Positions 1 through 9,084 of a DNA stretch of 64,000 bases are shown here, piece after piece; position 1 is the stretch's first letter, and every line of letters starts with the position of its first letter. The position numbers were made by a program, and so were the translations under genes. The DNA is from Acidobacteriota bacterium. Lineage in GTDB: Bacteria > Acidobacteriota > UBA6911 > RPQK01 > DATIPO01. The notes beneath the pieces were generated by a model. It ran no database searches. It was not told the origin of the DNA and worked only from the letters and a program-made list of their open reading frames with translations. Where the stretch lies: positions 41,446-105,445 of the forward strand of contig DATIPQ010000098.1 of assembly GCA_035471785.1 (NCBI GenBank), given 5' to 3'.

Positions 1-353
1 TCGAAAGAGATGCCGGCTACGGGCAACATGTCATCGGCCTGCTGCTGCAGGGTTTCGGCCGTGACGGTGAAACTGAAGGTCGTGTCGGCATTGAGGAAGA
101 AAACGATGGGTCCGTTAACACCTTCTGCCCCGCGGTGAATGTGGGCCGCCGTAGCGTTGTCCACGTCGTGCGTGCAATCAATCGAGAAGGCTGTTTGGAG
201 AGCGTCTAGATTTCCCGTACAGCTACCGGAGAATTCCGTGTCGACAGGGGGAACTTCCTGATCCCCCGTGAGGTCAAAACTCACCGGTTGGGCGATCACC
301 ATCGACGCCATGAACAGCGCGCAGATCGCCAAGTAAAAACCTTTCTTTAGCAT
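1..353 (-). CDS. CHRD domain-containing secreted protein (partial; C-terminus beyond window start)
   Basis: Reverse-strand ATG at 353..351. Translation is MLKKGFYLAICALFMASMVIAQP... with a signal peptide and an ...AHIHRGAEGVNGPIVFFL motif typical of CHRD domains. It lies next to chrA. Confidence 0.6.
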   Translation of the reverse strand, partial: MLKKGFYLAICALFMASMVIAQPVSFDLTGDQEVPPVDTEFSGSCTGNLDALQTAFSIDCTHDVDNATAAHIHRGAEGVNGPIVFFLNADTTFSFTVTAETLQQQADDMLPVAGISF

Positions 354-784
354 ATTGCCCCTTTCTTTCATTTGAATTCCTCGTGCGTCTCCCGCGTGTA
401 CAGGGCGACGAGCCGCCTTGGGCTGCGGCAGTGTTGTCATTCTCTGTTTGGCTCGCTTCAAGTTCTAGCTCCGATTCCTCGCAGCCGCACCCGACTGCCC
501 CCCCGTGCCATGAACTTATCGTTTGAGTGCAAAAGATACCTTACGGCTCAAAAAGTCGCACTTTCGGGCAAGCCATCGGGCGCGGAAAAAACTCTCCGCG
601 TCACGATTGTCCCAAAATTCCCATTCTTGTCAAGTCTAAATGCTTGGTTTTACGCATTATCTCCGTCAAACCAACCCCTCCGATAGCCGGAAAAGAGCGG
701 GCATGTTGCTAATTTTTACGCATTTCACCCCCCGAGTGCAAGTCGGCCCTGGGGGATGCAAGTTTTCCAGAAGATAGGAAAAGG

Positions 785-806
785 GGCGGATCCGGTTGGC
801 TCCGCC
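785..806 (-). terminator. Candidate intrinsic terminator for the 826..1389 gene
   Basis: GGCGGA/TCCGCC stem with a 10-nt loop. On the minus strand it is followed by CCUUUUCC. Confidence 0.35.
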
Positions 807-825
807 TTGTTTGGGAGGTTCTGCC

Positions 826-1389
826 CTAGCGGTCTTTGTGGGGGCTGATCCAGAGGCGCACCCTGGCGCGGTCGTCTCCGTCGACGATGTCGACCAGCGT
901 GACATCCTGCTGCGCGTAGCTGGACAAAACGTCCAAAGCGGCACTCAGGTTGAGTCTGTCCGAGGAGCCGGAAAAGAGCGCATCGACGATGGCGATGGGC
1001 AGGCGCATGTCGACCCGGTCACGAGAACCCCGGCTGGAGCGGACGATCAGGTACTCGCCTTCCAGGGCCAGAACCAATTCGCTTCGCCGGCCTCTTATCG
1101 AAGCCAGCCTGTAGTCTCCTTCCGCCTTGATGGTTTGCCAGATCTCCCGCATCTCCCGCGCGCTCAATTCGCGGTCATGGATCTCGACCTGGGAAAGATC
1201 TGCCCTCATTTCGTCCTCGACTATGGGCAAGAGCAGCTTGGCGAAGCTCAAGGGCAGATTGATCCGTACCCCTTCGTTGCTTCCTTCCTCTTCTACCGAC
1301 AGATGCAGCCATTGTCCCCCAAAGGCAGGGACCGTGAAGAGAAGCAGGGTCAAGAGCAGGGCGGTAATCGATGGTGTGTTTTTCGTCAT
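826..1389 (-). CDS. Hypothetical secreted protein
   Basis: Internal Met start MTKNTPSITALLLTLLLFTVPAFG gives a signal peptide. The longer 286-aa ORF upstream is an Arg/Gly-rich extension that would overlap the chrA end. GC3 bias is good. Confidence 0.55.
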   Translation of the reverse strand: MTKNTPSITALLLTLLLFTVPAFGGQWLHLSVEEEGSNEGVRINLPLSFAKLLLPIVEDEMRADLSQVEIHDRELSAREMREIWQTIKAEGDYRLASIRGRRSELVLALEGEYLIVRSSRGSRDRVDMRLPIAIVDALFSGSSDRLNLSAALDVLSSYAQQDVTLVDIVDGDDRARVRLWISPHKDR

Positions 1390-1481
1390 GGCTTGGTGCC
1401 TCCTTACATGAGCGCTAACGCAGTCGGGAGGCGAGAGGTTTAGCCGAAGGGACAGCATTCCCAAATCCTGAGGGACTGGCT

Positions 1482-2648
1482 TCACATCAGCAGCCAGCCC
1501 AGCAGTCCGCCCAGGACCACCACCAGGCCGCTGTTGAGCTTGAAGCGGTAGAGCAACAGCAGCGAGAGCGCCGTGATAAGGGCGGGAGGCCATCCGGTCA
1601 CCACTTGAATGCCCAGATTGACGGCCACAGCGGCCATCAAAGCCACGGCGCTGGCATTGACCGCGTCCAGAAAGGCACCGGCCCAACGGCTTTCACGCAG
1701 GCGCGGTACGAAGCGGCTGAGGACGAGAACGAAGATGAAGGAAGGGGTGAAGATGGCCACGGTGGCCACCAAAGCGCCCTGCCAGCCCTGGATGAGATAG
1801 CCGACGAAGGTCGAGGTGGTCAGCACCGGCCCCGGCGTGAACTGGCCCACGGCGATGGCGTCGATGAGCTGCTGGGACGTCAACCAGGCCTTCTCGCGTA
1901 CCAGTTCGCCTTCCAGGTAGGCGACCAGCACGTATCCGCTGCCGAAGAGGATGCAGCCGATTTTGAGGAAGAAGAGAGCCAGTCCCTGCAGGCTGGGGGA
2001 TGAAGCTTGCGTCCCCGGCGCGGCTTGGAGCAAAGGCAGGATGAGCAGCAGGGGCAATGACTTCACTCCCTTGAGGAAGGGTGCCAGCCCGGCCAGCCAA
2101 AGCATTCCCGCCAGACCGCCCCCTATGATGAGCAGCGCCTCGTCCCAGCCCAGGAAGGAAAGGGCGATGAGAAGCGCGGCCAAAATACCTAGCGAAACGC
2201 GATCGATCGCTTTGGGGACAAAGCGCCACACCGCCAGGGCGATGACGGCGATCACGGCCGGTTTGATGCCCCGCAGCAAGGGCTCTACGTTGGGGAGGTC
2301 TCCGTAGGCCACGTAGAACCAGGCCAGGAGTCCGGTCATGGCGACGGCCGGCAGTATGAAACAGGCCCCGGAGGCCAGCATCCCAGTCCATCCGCCCAAA
2401 CGCAGGCCTAGATGGATGGCCATCTCGGTGGAATTGGGTCCGGGAATCAGATTGGTGGCGCCTACCAGGTCGAGAAAGTCCTGTCGTGAAATCCACCTGC
2501 GGCGATTCACCACTTCGTCTTCCATCATGGCGATGTGGGCCGCGGGCCCTCCAAAGCCGAGGACTCCGATGCGGAAGAAGACGGCGGCCAATTCGGCCAG
2601 GCCGGGTTGCCTGACCTCCGTAGCCTTGGCGGCGGAGGGTTGAGACAT
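1482..2648 (-). CDS. chrA: Chromate transporter ChrA (CHR family)
   Basis: 388 aa. FFRIGVLGFGGPAAHIAMMEDEVV... matches the duplicated CHR-domain architecture. It is polytopic membrane protein. Confidence 0.9.
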   Translation of the reverse strand: MSQPSAAKATEVRQPGLAELAAVFFRIGVLGFGGPAAHIAMMEDEVVNRRRWISRQDFLDLVGATNLIPGPNSTEMAIHLGLRLGGWTGMLASGACFILPAVAMTGLLAWFYVAYGDLPNVEPLLRGIKPAVIAVIALAVWRFVPKAIDRVSLGILAALLIALSFLGWDEALLIIGGGLAGMLWLAGLAPFLKGVKSLPLLLILPLLQAAPGTQASSPSLQGLALFFLKIGCILFGSGYVLVAYLEGELVREKAWLTSQQLIDAIAVGQFTPGPVLTTSTFVGYLIQGWQGALVATVAIFTPSFIFVLVLSRFVPRLRESRWAGAFLDAVNASAVALMAAVAVNLGIQVVTGWPPALITALSLLLLYRFKLNSGLVVVLGGLLGWLLM

Positions 2649-2764
2649 ATCGAGTTCTTACTTTCGCGGCCTCGCGGCAGCCAGCGGAGGAAACCGCTGC
2701 GGACCGCGGGGCATCTTTGAGAAGGTGGCCAATTGACGGCACCTTCATTTGATAGGCGATCACC

Positions 2765-3541
2765 ATGACGGATGCAAGTACCAGGCGTGTCGTTTTTGAA
2801 AGCAGCCAAGGCCTGAAGCTGTCGGGCATTCTGCATCGACCTTCTGAGAGCCGGGGCTGCGTCATCCTCTCGCATTGTTTCACCTGCAACAAGAACTACA
2901 AGATTCTGGTTCGCCTGAGCCGCGCCCTGGCCCAAGCCGGCATTGCCTCGCTGCGCTTCGACTTCGCCGGGTTGGGCGACAGCGAAGGCGAGTTCGAGGA
3001 GACCACCATCTCCTCCGACAGCCATGACCTGGAGCAGGCCGTCCGCTGGGCGGTGAAGGAAGGCATGGGGCCGGTGGTCCTGGCCGGCCACTCGATGGGC
3101 GGGACCATCAGCATCGTCACCGCCGGACGGCTTCCCGAAGTGGCCGGACTGGCCGTCATCGGGACGACCTCGGATCCGGGCAACATCTACCGCCTGCTGC
3201 CTGGCCTCGACCCCGCCCGCCGTCCGCCCGAGAACTCGGTGGACGTCACCATCGCGGGCCGATCCTACCCCATCAGCCAGGAATTCCTGCGCGACCTGGA
3301 GGGACTGTCGCTCACCGGGACTTTGGCCTCCTACCAGAAGCCTTTCCTGGTGATGCACGGGACCGAGGACAAGACAGTGGGCATCGAGCATGGAATCAAG
3401 CTCTTCCAGACCGCCAAGCAACCCAAGTCCTTCCTGGCCATCCCCGGAGCCGAGCACCTGCTGGGACGGCGGCGCGATACCGACTTGGCCGGCGCCGTAC
3501 TGAGCGCCTGGGCCGACTCGTCCCTGCGTCGGGCCGTCTAA
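2765..3541 (+). CDS. Alpha/beta hydrolase (dienelactone hydrolase/S9-like)
   Basis: GHSMGG nucleophile elbow and a C-terminal His motif. 258 aa. Confidence 0.8.
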   Translation: MTDASTRRVVFESSQGLKLSGILHRPSESRGCVILSHCFTCNKNYKILVRLSRALAQAGIASLRFDFAGLGDSEGEFEETTISSDSHDLEQAVRWAVKEGMGPVVLAGHSMGGTISIVTAGRLPEVAGLAVIGTTSDPGNIYRLLPGLDPARRPPENSVDVTIAGRSYPISQEFLRDLEGLSLTGTLASYQKPFLVMHGTEDKTVGIEHGIKLFQTAKQPKSFLAIPGAEHLLGRRRDTDLAGAVLSAWADSSLRRAV

Positions 3542-4392
3542 TGAATGCTGGGCGGCTTGGCCTGCTCCACAAAGCGCCGGATGCGGCTCATGTAGGCGTC
3601 GCGGTCGACCAGATGCAGGTCGATGTGGTCAGCTCCCTCTACCCGGTAGAACTCCTTGGGTCCGGTCAGCTTCTGGTAAAGAAGATGGCCCTGATCGAGC
3701 GGGACGGTGCGGTCCCTGTCGCCGTGGATGACCAAGACCGGAAACGCGTGTTCGCGCAGGTACCTGGCGGTGGCCAGGCGGATGCGCGAAAAGAGGGAGA
3801 AGAAGCGGTACTGGGGGTAGTGGCGCAGCAAGGACGATTTGGACGGGAAGGGCGACTCCAGAATCAAGCCCTGAGGCGGCAGTTTGTGTGCGGCATAGGA
3901 GGCGAAAGCGCTCCCTAAGGAGCGTCCCCAGTAGACCAGAGGTGCTTTGGGCGCCTTGAGGTGGTCGCGAAAGTAGCGGACGGTGGTCTCGGCGTCGATG
4001 CACAGCCCTTCTTCAGAGGGGATGCCGCTGCTCCATCCGTAGCCCCGGTAGTCAACGGCCAGCACCTGGTATCCGGCCTTGTAGAAGTCCCGCAAGATCT
4101 CGTTGAGGATGCCCAGGTTAGCCCCGTTGCCGTGAAAGTAGACGATGGAGGCGATGGGGTCGGGAGGCAGCAGGTGCCAGGCGCTGAGACGGCAGCCGTC
4201 GGGCGTTTCGATGAAATGCTGCTGAAAGGGGATTCCCAGGTCGGAGGGCGTCTTGGCCACCTCTCCGCTGGGACGGAAGACGTACATCCTCTCGATGCGC
4301 GGCACGGCCCACCACAGCACGGCCCCTATCCCGGCCAAGAAAGAGAGGACGGCCACCACCAGCAACAGCAGAATCACCACGCCTGTCGACAT
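3538..4392 (-). CDS. Membrane-anchored alpha/beta hydrolase (BEM46/abhydrolase-like)
   Basis: N-terminal TM helix, GRSLGS nucleophile elbow, and HGDRDRTVP followed by a His motif. Confidence 0.8.
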   Translation of the reverse strand: MSTGVVILLLLVVAVLSFLAGIGAVLWWAVPRIERMYVFRPSGEVAKTPSDLGIPFQQHFIETPDGCRLSAWHLLPPDPIASIVYFHGNGANLGILNEILRDFYKAGYQVLAVDYRGYGWSSGIPSEEGLCIDAETTVRYFRDHLKAPKAPLVYWGRSLGSAFASYAAHKLPPQGLILESPFPSKSSLLRHYPQYRFFSLFSRIRLATARYLREHAFPVLVIHGDRDRTVPLDQGHLLYQKLTGPKEFYRVEGADHIDLHLVDRDAYMSRIRRFVEQAKPPSIH

Positions 4393-4405
4393 AAGAGCAA
4401 AGATC

Positions 4406-5053
4406 TTAACACCCCAGGCGGTTCATTTCCCTCTGGTAGGTATCCATCCATTGCTGGTGCGAGTCCTGCTCGCGAAGGTAGAAAGGCGAACCGATTCTGA
4501 CCAGGGCTTTGGAGAAGGGTTTCGGGATGCGCATCCGGTCCCAGGAACCCAGTTGCCAGTAGCGCTGGGGCTGGATGTGGAAGCAGACGATGGGACAGCC
4601 GCTTTTCCGGCTCAGGAGCAGCGGGCCGGGTTTGACCTTGTGGCGCGGTCCCCTGGGTCCGTCGATTGTGAAGGCCACGTCGCGTCCCTCTCGCAACCGC
4701 CGCTTGAGCTGCAGCAGAGCCCGCACGCCGCCTCGGGTGCTCGATCCGCGCGAGGTCGCGTAGCCGAAACTTTCGATGATGCGGGCGATGTACTCCCCGT
4801 CGAAATGCTCGCTGGTCATGACCACGATGCCGCGATTCCTCCAGAAGTAGGTGGCGACCGGGATCTGATCATGCCAGAAGGAAAGAATGGCGGGCTGATT
4901 CGCTTGCCTCAGACTCTGGTAGTTGTCCCAGCCTTCGACCTGGAAGCGCAGGGTGCGTCCGATGGCGCCGATGAGCAGACGTCCCAGGCGATAAGCCAAC
5001 CAGATCTGGGCTCGTTGCTTGAAGGTAAACCGCGGTGGCGCGCCTTTTTTCAC
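4406..5053 (-). CDS. DUF374 / lysophospholipid acyltransferase-like protein
   Basis: GTG start. FWHDQIPVAT...TIDGPRGPRHKVKPG resembles the LPLAT-like DUF374 family. Confidence 0.7.
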   Translation of the reverse strand: MKKGAPPRFTFKQRAQIWLAYRLGRLLIGAIGRTLRFQVEGWDNYQSLRQANQPAILSFWHDQIPVATYFWRNRGIVVMTSEHFDGEYIARIIESFGYATSRGSSTRGGVRALLQLKRRLREGRDVAFTIDGPRGPRHKVKPGPLLLSRKSGCPIVCFHIQPQRYWQLGSWDRMRIPKPFSKALVRIGSPFYLREQDSHQQWMDTYQREMNRLGC

Positions 5054-5109
5054 GGCGGGTCATTATAATGAACCGGCGCAGGAAGAGCAGTCGACCGAGG
5101 AGATCCGTC

Positions 5110-6072
5110 ATGGCCACGGGCATCCCCTACTGGAGCGTCGCCGAGATTCGCCGCCGCTTCCTCGAGGAAAGGCAGCCTGTCAGCAACTACCGTCTGGGCC
5201 AGATGCGCCGCGATCGCCGTGAGGGCGTACGCCGCATTGCCGCCATGCTGTCCCGGCAAATGGAGCAGGAGCGGCGGGAAGCCCTTCGCATGCAGCGTAT
5301 CCGCCGCTTGGAACGCGTGCTTTGGGGGCGGGGAGTGGAAGTGGTGGCAGGGGTGGACGAAGCGGGCGTGGGTCCGCTGGCGGGCCCGGTGGTGGCGGCC
5401 GCGGTGGCGCTGCCTCGCGGGACCGACATCGCCCGAATCGACGATTCCAAGAAACTGGACCCGCCCACCCGCCGGCAGTTGGAAAGGGAGATCTGCCGAC
5501 AGGCGCTGTGCTACAGCTTGGCCTCGGCCGATGTGGAAGAGATCGACCGGCTCAACATTTATCACGCCGCCCTGTTGGCCATGCGGCGGGCGGTGGAGGG
5601 GTTGGGCGAGAAAGCCCAATTCGTGCTCACCGACGCCCGCACCATTCCCGGACTCGACCGGCCTCCGCAGCGAGCGGTGCCCAAGGGCGACCGCAACAGC
5701 ATCAGCGTGGCCGCGGCCTCCATTCTGGCCAAGAACCATCGCGACCGGCTGATGGTGGAACTGGACCGGCGCTTTCCCCTCTACGGATTCGCCCAGCACA
5801 AGGGCTACGGCACTGATCTGCACTGCCGCTCCATTCAAAAGCATGGGCTGTGTGCCGCCCACCGGCGCTCCTTTCACGTGCTGGACGAAATCAGGGGCCG
5901 CTTCTGCAGTCTCTTCTACCGCCTGCGCGAAGAGATGAAGGAGGCCTCCTGTGCCTCCGGTCTCAAGGCGTTGGCCGATGAGATCGGGCGGCGGCGCGAG
6001 AACCTCAGCGACTCCGAATTGATCCGGCTGCGGGCGCTTTTGGCGCGGCGGCGGCGAGTTGTGAAAGACTAG
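5110..6072 (+). CDS. rnhB: Ribonuclease HII with N- and C-terminal Arg-rich extensions
   Basis: VAGVDEAGVGPLAGPVVAAAV...DDSKKL...KGD...HKGYGT catalytic core. The start is uncertain: ATG 5110 is chosen over in-frame 5035/5068 because it avoids overlap with the divergent gene. Confidence 0.8.
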   Translation: MATGIPYWSVAEIRRRFLEERQPVSNYRLGQMRRDRREGVRRIAAMLSRQMEQERREALRMQRIRRLERVLWGRGVEVVAGVDEAGVGPLAGPVVAAAVALPRGTDIARIDDSKKLDPPTRRQLEREICRQALCYSLASADVEEIDRLNIYHAALLAMRRAVEGLGEKAQFVLTDARTIPGLDRPPQRAVPKGDRNSISVAAASILAKNHRDRLMVELDRRFPLYGFAQHKGYGTDLHCRSIQKHGLCAAHRRSFHVLDEIRGRFCSLFYRLREEMKEASCASGLKALADEIGRRRENLSDSELIRLRALLARRRRVVKD

Positions 6073-6076
6073 AAAA

Positions 6077-6727
6077 ATGAGCGAGTATGACGCCCAGCGC
6101 CGCCGCATGGTCGAGCGTCAACTGGTTCCGCGGGGAATCAGCGACCGGGCGGTATTGGAGGCCTTTTACGACGTTCCGCGCCATTGCTTCGTCCCCCCGC
6201 AGCACCGCCGCCGGGCCTACGCCGACGGACCGTTGCCCATCGGCGAAGGACAAACCATCAGCCAGCCCTACATGGTGGCCATCACGGTGCAGTACGCTGC
6301 CCTCGACGGCCACTCGAAAGTGCTCGAGATCGGGACTGGAAGCGGCTACCAAACCGCCATCCTGGCCGAGATCTGCAGCCGGGTCTACACCATCGAACGC
6401 TACCCCTCGCTGTTGGAGAGAACGCGCGATCTGCTGGAGGACATGGGCTACCGCAACATCTGCTTCAGGGCCGGGGACGGCACGCTGGGCTGGCCCGGGG
6501 AAGCCCCCTTCGACGCCATCCTCGTCAGCGCCGGCAGTCCCCGCAAGCCGCCGCGTCCGCTGCTGGAGCAACTGGAAGAGGACGGGGGCCGCCTGGTTAT
6601 TCCCCTGCAAAACCGGGGAGCTCAGGTCCTCACCGTCATCACCCGTCACGGCAATCAGTACGAACACCACGAGAAAGACCCCTGCTCTTTCGTCCCGCTA
6701 GTGGGGCAGCATGGGTGGGACGAGTAA
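6077..6727 (+). CDS. pcm: Protein-L-isoaspartate O-methyltransferase
   Basis: VLEIGTGSGYQTA SAM motif. Full-length similarity to Pcm. Confidence 0.9.
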   Translation: MSEYDAQRRRMVERQLVPRGISDRAVLEAFYDVPRHCFVPPQHRRRAYADGPLPIGEGQTISQPYMVAITVQYAALDGHSKVLEIGTGSGYQTAILAEICSRVYTIERYPSLLERTRDLLEDMGYRNICFRAGDGTLGWPGEAPFDAILVSAGSPRKPPRPLLEQLEEDGGRLVIPLQNRGAQVLTVITRHGNQYEHHEKDPCSFVPLVGQHGWDE

Positions 6728-6739
6728 TTAGCCGCACTC

Positions 6740-8152
6740 CTATTTTTTGGCGAAAAAGGGCTCGTATTTTTCTTTGCGGGGAGGGGGCGTCAGCATGGAT
6801 ACAAGCCACAGCATCAAGACTGAAATGGCTACGGCGGGAAGCACGGCTCCCATTGAAGACTGGAAGAGTTCCTTGAGCCAGTACTCCCATAGCAGGGTCA
6901 CTCCGGTTCCGGCGAAGATGGAGGCCACGGCTCCTTGGGCGGTAGCCCGCTTCCAAAAGAACACGGCCAATAAGGCGGGCGTGATGCCGGCTCCGTAGAT
7001 GGTGTAGGCGTGCAGGGCGACCTCGAGGAACTTGTCGTCCAATTGAGAAATGCCGAAGGCGGCCAGGCCCAACACCAGCGTAGTGATCCTCAGCATCAAG
7101 ACTAGATGCTTGCCGCTGGCCTCGGGATAGATGAAGCGCTCGTAGACGTCGCGGATGAGGGCGGTCCCAGGCGCCAGCAAGTAAGAACCTGCTGTCGAGA
7201 GGACAATGGCCATGATGGTGGTCAACATTAGGGCTCCGACCGCCGTGGGAAGAAACTCTTTTGAAACCTCGGCGATGACATACCCGGGATTTTCCAAGCC
7301 CGGCTTGAGCGCGCTTCCAACCCAGCCGGTGAGGATGATGGTCACTTCCATGAAACCGATGCCGACGACGCACCACAGCACTGCCAGCTTGGCCACCCCC
7401 GCATCCCGCGCCGAAAGGAAGCGCTGGTACATGTTGGCATCTCCCAGAATCAGGAAAAACGAGGGCAGAAGCAGATTGAGAGCGCCGATCCACCCGATGG
7501 GGCCGAAGATCTCCAGGTGGCTGGGCTCCAGCGCCTGCCTGATCCCGTCCACGCCTCCGGCTCGGAAAAAGAGCATGGGCAGCGTGACCGTGATGCCCAC
7601 GATCATGGTGATGCCCTGAATCAGACCGATGTTGGCAATGGACTTCATGCCGGCTATGGCGGTGAAGAGTATGATGAAGGCCGCCGCCACGGCTGATGCC
7701 ACTTCGTCGCTGATAGGGTCCCACACGATGTGAAGCACCGCCCCCGCCGCCCGGTACTGGTAGGAAACGATGGTGATGTAGGCGATGGTCATGGTGATCA
7801 CGCCCAAGACTCGGGCGGTGGCGTTGTAGCGCTGCTCGAGCAGGTCCTGGATGGTGATCTGCTCGGTCAGGCGCACCCGTCCGGCCAGGAAGTAGAGCAC
7901 GATGACGCCGAAGACGCTGGAGAGCGGAATGATCAGGGTGGCGATGCCGACCTCGTAGGTGCGCTCAGCGTTGCCGAAGATGCTGCCGGTGCCGATCCAG
8001 GTGGCCAGCATGGTTCCGAAAAGGACCAGCGGCGAAAGGGTGCGGCCGGCTACTGAGAAGTCTTCCTGGCTGCGCAGTCCGCGGCCTTGCCAAACGGCTA
8101 CGCCAACCAGGGCCAGCAGGTAAATGAGGATGACGGCGAAGTAGATGTTCAT
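6740..8152 (-). CDS. Sodium:solute symporter (SSF family)
   Basis: 470 aa, about 13 TM helices, SSF-type sequence. Its ATG sits directly after the TAA of the upstream gene (TAAATG). Confidence 0.9.
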   Translation of the reverse strand: MNIYFAVILIYLLALVGVAVWQGRGLRSQEDFSVAGRTLSPLVLFGTMLATWIGTGSIFGNAERTYEVGIATLIIPLSSVFGVIVLYFLAGRVRLTEQITIQDLLEQRYNATARVLGVITMTIAYITIVSYQYRAAGAVLHIVWDPISDEVASAVAAAFIILFTAIAGMKSIANIGLIQGITMIVGITVTLPMLFFRAGGVDGIRQALEPSHLEIFGPIGWIGALNLLLPSFFLILGDANMYQRFLSARDAGVAKLAVLWCVVGIGFMEVTIILTGWVGSALKPGLENPGYVIAEVSKEFLPTAVGALMLTTIMAIVLSTAGSYLLAPGTALIRDVYERFIYPEASGKHLVLMLRITTLVLGLAAFGISQLDDKFLEVALHAYTIYGAGITPALLAVFFWKRATAQGAVASIFAGTGVTLLWEYWLKELFQSSMGAVLPAVAISVLMLWLVSMLTPPPRKEKYEPFFAKK

Positions 8153-8875
8153 TTAGGGCGTCAACTTGTAAGTCTTGCGGTCCGCCCCGAAATTGCCCAC
8201 CGAGGCTTGGGCGGCGGTAACCGTGATGGACAAAACCTCGTAGTCTTTCTCGACCTCAGGCACCTTGAAGCGCCCCTCGAATACGTTCTTGCGTCCGGCG
8301 TATGTCAACGGCATCTCCCGCACCAGCCGGTCTTGATGCTCGATGCGGGCGGCCACCTTGATCTTGTCGGCGTCCCAGAGCCCTCCGGGCTCGATGGGGC
8401 ACCCTCAAAGCAAGTGGACATGGGCTCTCAGGTCGACCTCGGCTTGGGGCTGATAGACGTCGGCCGGAGTCGGGGTCATGATGCCCACGATGAACCCGTA
8501 AAGCTGCAGGACCAGCCCGTCGCCCTCCATGTGGCGTCCGGGAATCAGCCAAGTGGTGGCCGAAGCCCTCTGCATGGAGGCCGGGAAAGCCAGGGGCCCT
8601 TCGGCCGCGACTTCCACCAGGGTCGGGCGGTCGATCCGCAACTCCACGCAAAAAGAGGCCGTCCCCGGGGTATCGAAGCGCGCCCTGCCGCGTTGGGGCG
8701 GCTGCTTCATGATCGACTCGGTGTCGCCCGAGCCGCCCTCATGAATCCCGCGGGCCAAGACATCGCCGGTTTGGCAGTCGCGCACCGTTATCCGGCATCC
8801 GCCCACCAAGGAGCCGATGATCTTGGCGTCGCAGGAGACGACGTGCACTACCAAGCGGGTTCCTTGCGTCTTCAC
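8153..8875 (-). CDS. Uncharacterised protein with an in-frame TGA (candidate selenoprotein, about 240 aa; Sec at codon 157)
   Basis: Track ORFs 8405..8875 and 8153..8356 are in the same frame, separated only by a TGA at 8405..8407. GC3 bias is continuous across the TGA. Translation reads ...RAHVHLL-U-GCPIEPGGLWDADKIKVAARIEHQ.... A SECIS-like hairpin lies just downstream. tRNA-Sec and selD are in the window. The gene is translationally coupled to the symporter. Confidence 0.5.
8374..8398 (-). other. bSECIS-like hairpin downstream of UGA 8405..8407
   Basis: CCCA-UC-GAGCCC-GGA-GGGCUC-UGGG. It begins 7 nt after the UGA. The apical GGA loop is 18 nt from the UGA. It shares the CCGGAGG apical motif with the selD SECIS. 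Confidence 0.4.
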
Positions 8876-9084
8876 GAATCCCTCCCATGCTTGACACTTG
8901 AAAGTGCTGAAGAGATTAGCAGAATCCGCCAGGAGAGAAAACTCCCCTGCTCAACTCTGGTGCCGGCGCAATAGATTTTGCGCGCCGCGCATCGCGGTTA
9001 CGCCCCTGCAACACTCCCAACAGCGCGGCGGCGGCCAACGCCGGAATTGAGGGTCAGACCCTGGCTCGGCGCCTGCCTTGAGGC

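Noticed and set aside
1693-2892. 399-aa ORF overlapping chrA on the same strand in another frame
   Set aside because: It is Arg/Pro/Gly-rich and low-complexity, with no family resemblance. It is a typical high-GC shadow ORF; chrA explains the region.
5050-6108. 352-aa ORF antisense to rnhB, and 177- and 164-aa ORFs in other frames
   Set aside because: They are antisense or out-of-frame shadows of a well-supported RNase HII gene.
8153-8875. Interpretation of the interrupted gene as a plain nonsense-mutation pseudogene
   Set aside because: This was considered but disfavoured. The single interruption is TGA. Codon bias persists downstream. A SECIS-like hairpin with the same apical motif as selD follows at the correct spacing. 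The gene is translationally coupled to an intact symporter. It remains a possibility until homologues are examined.
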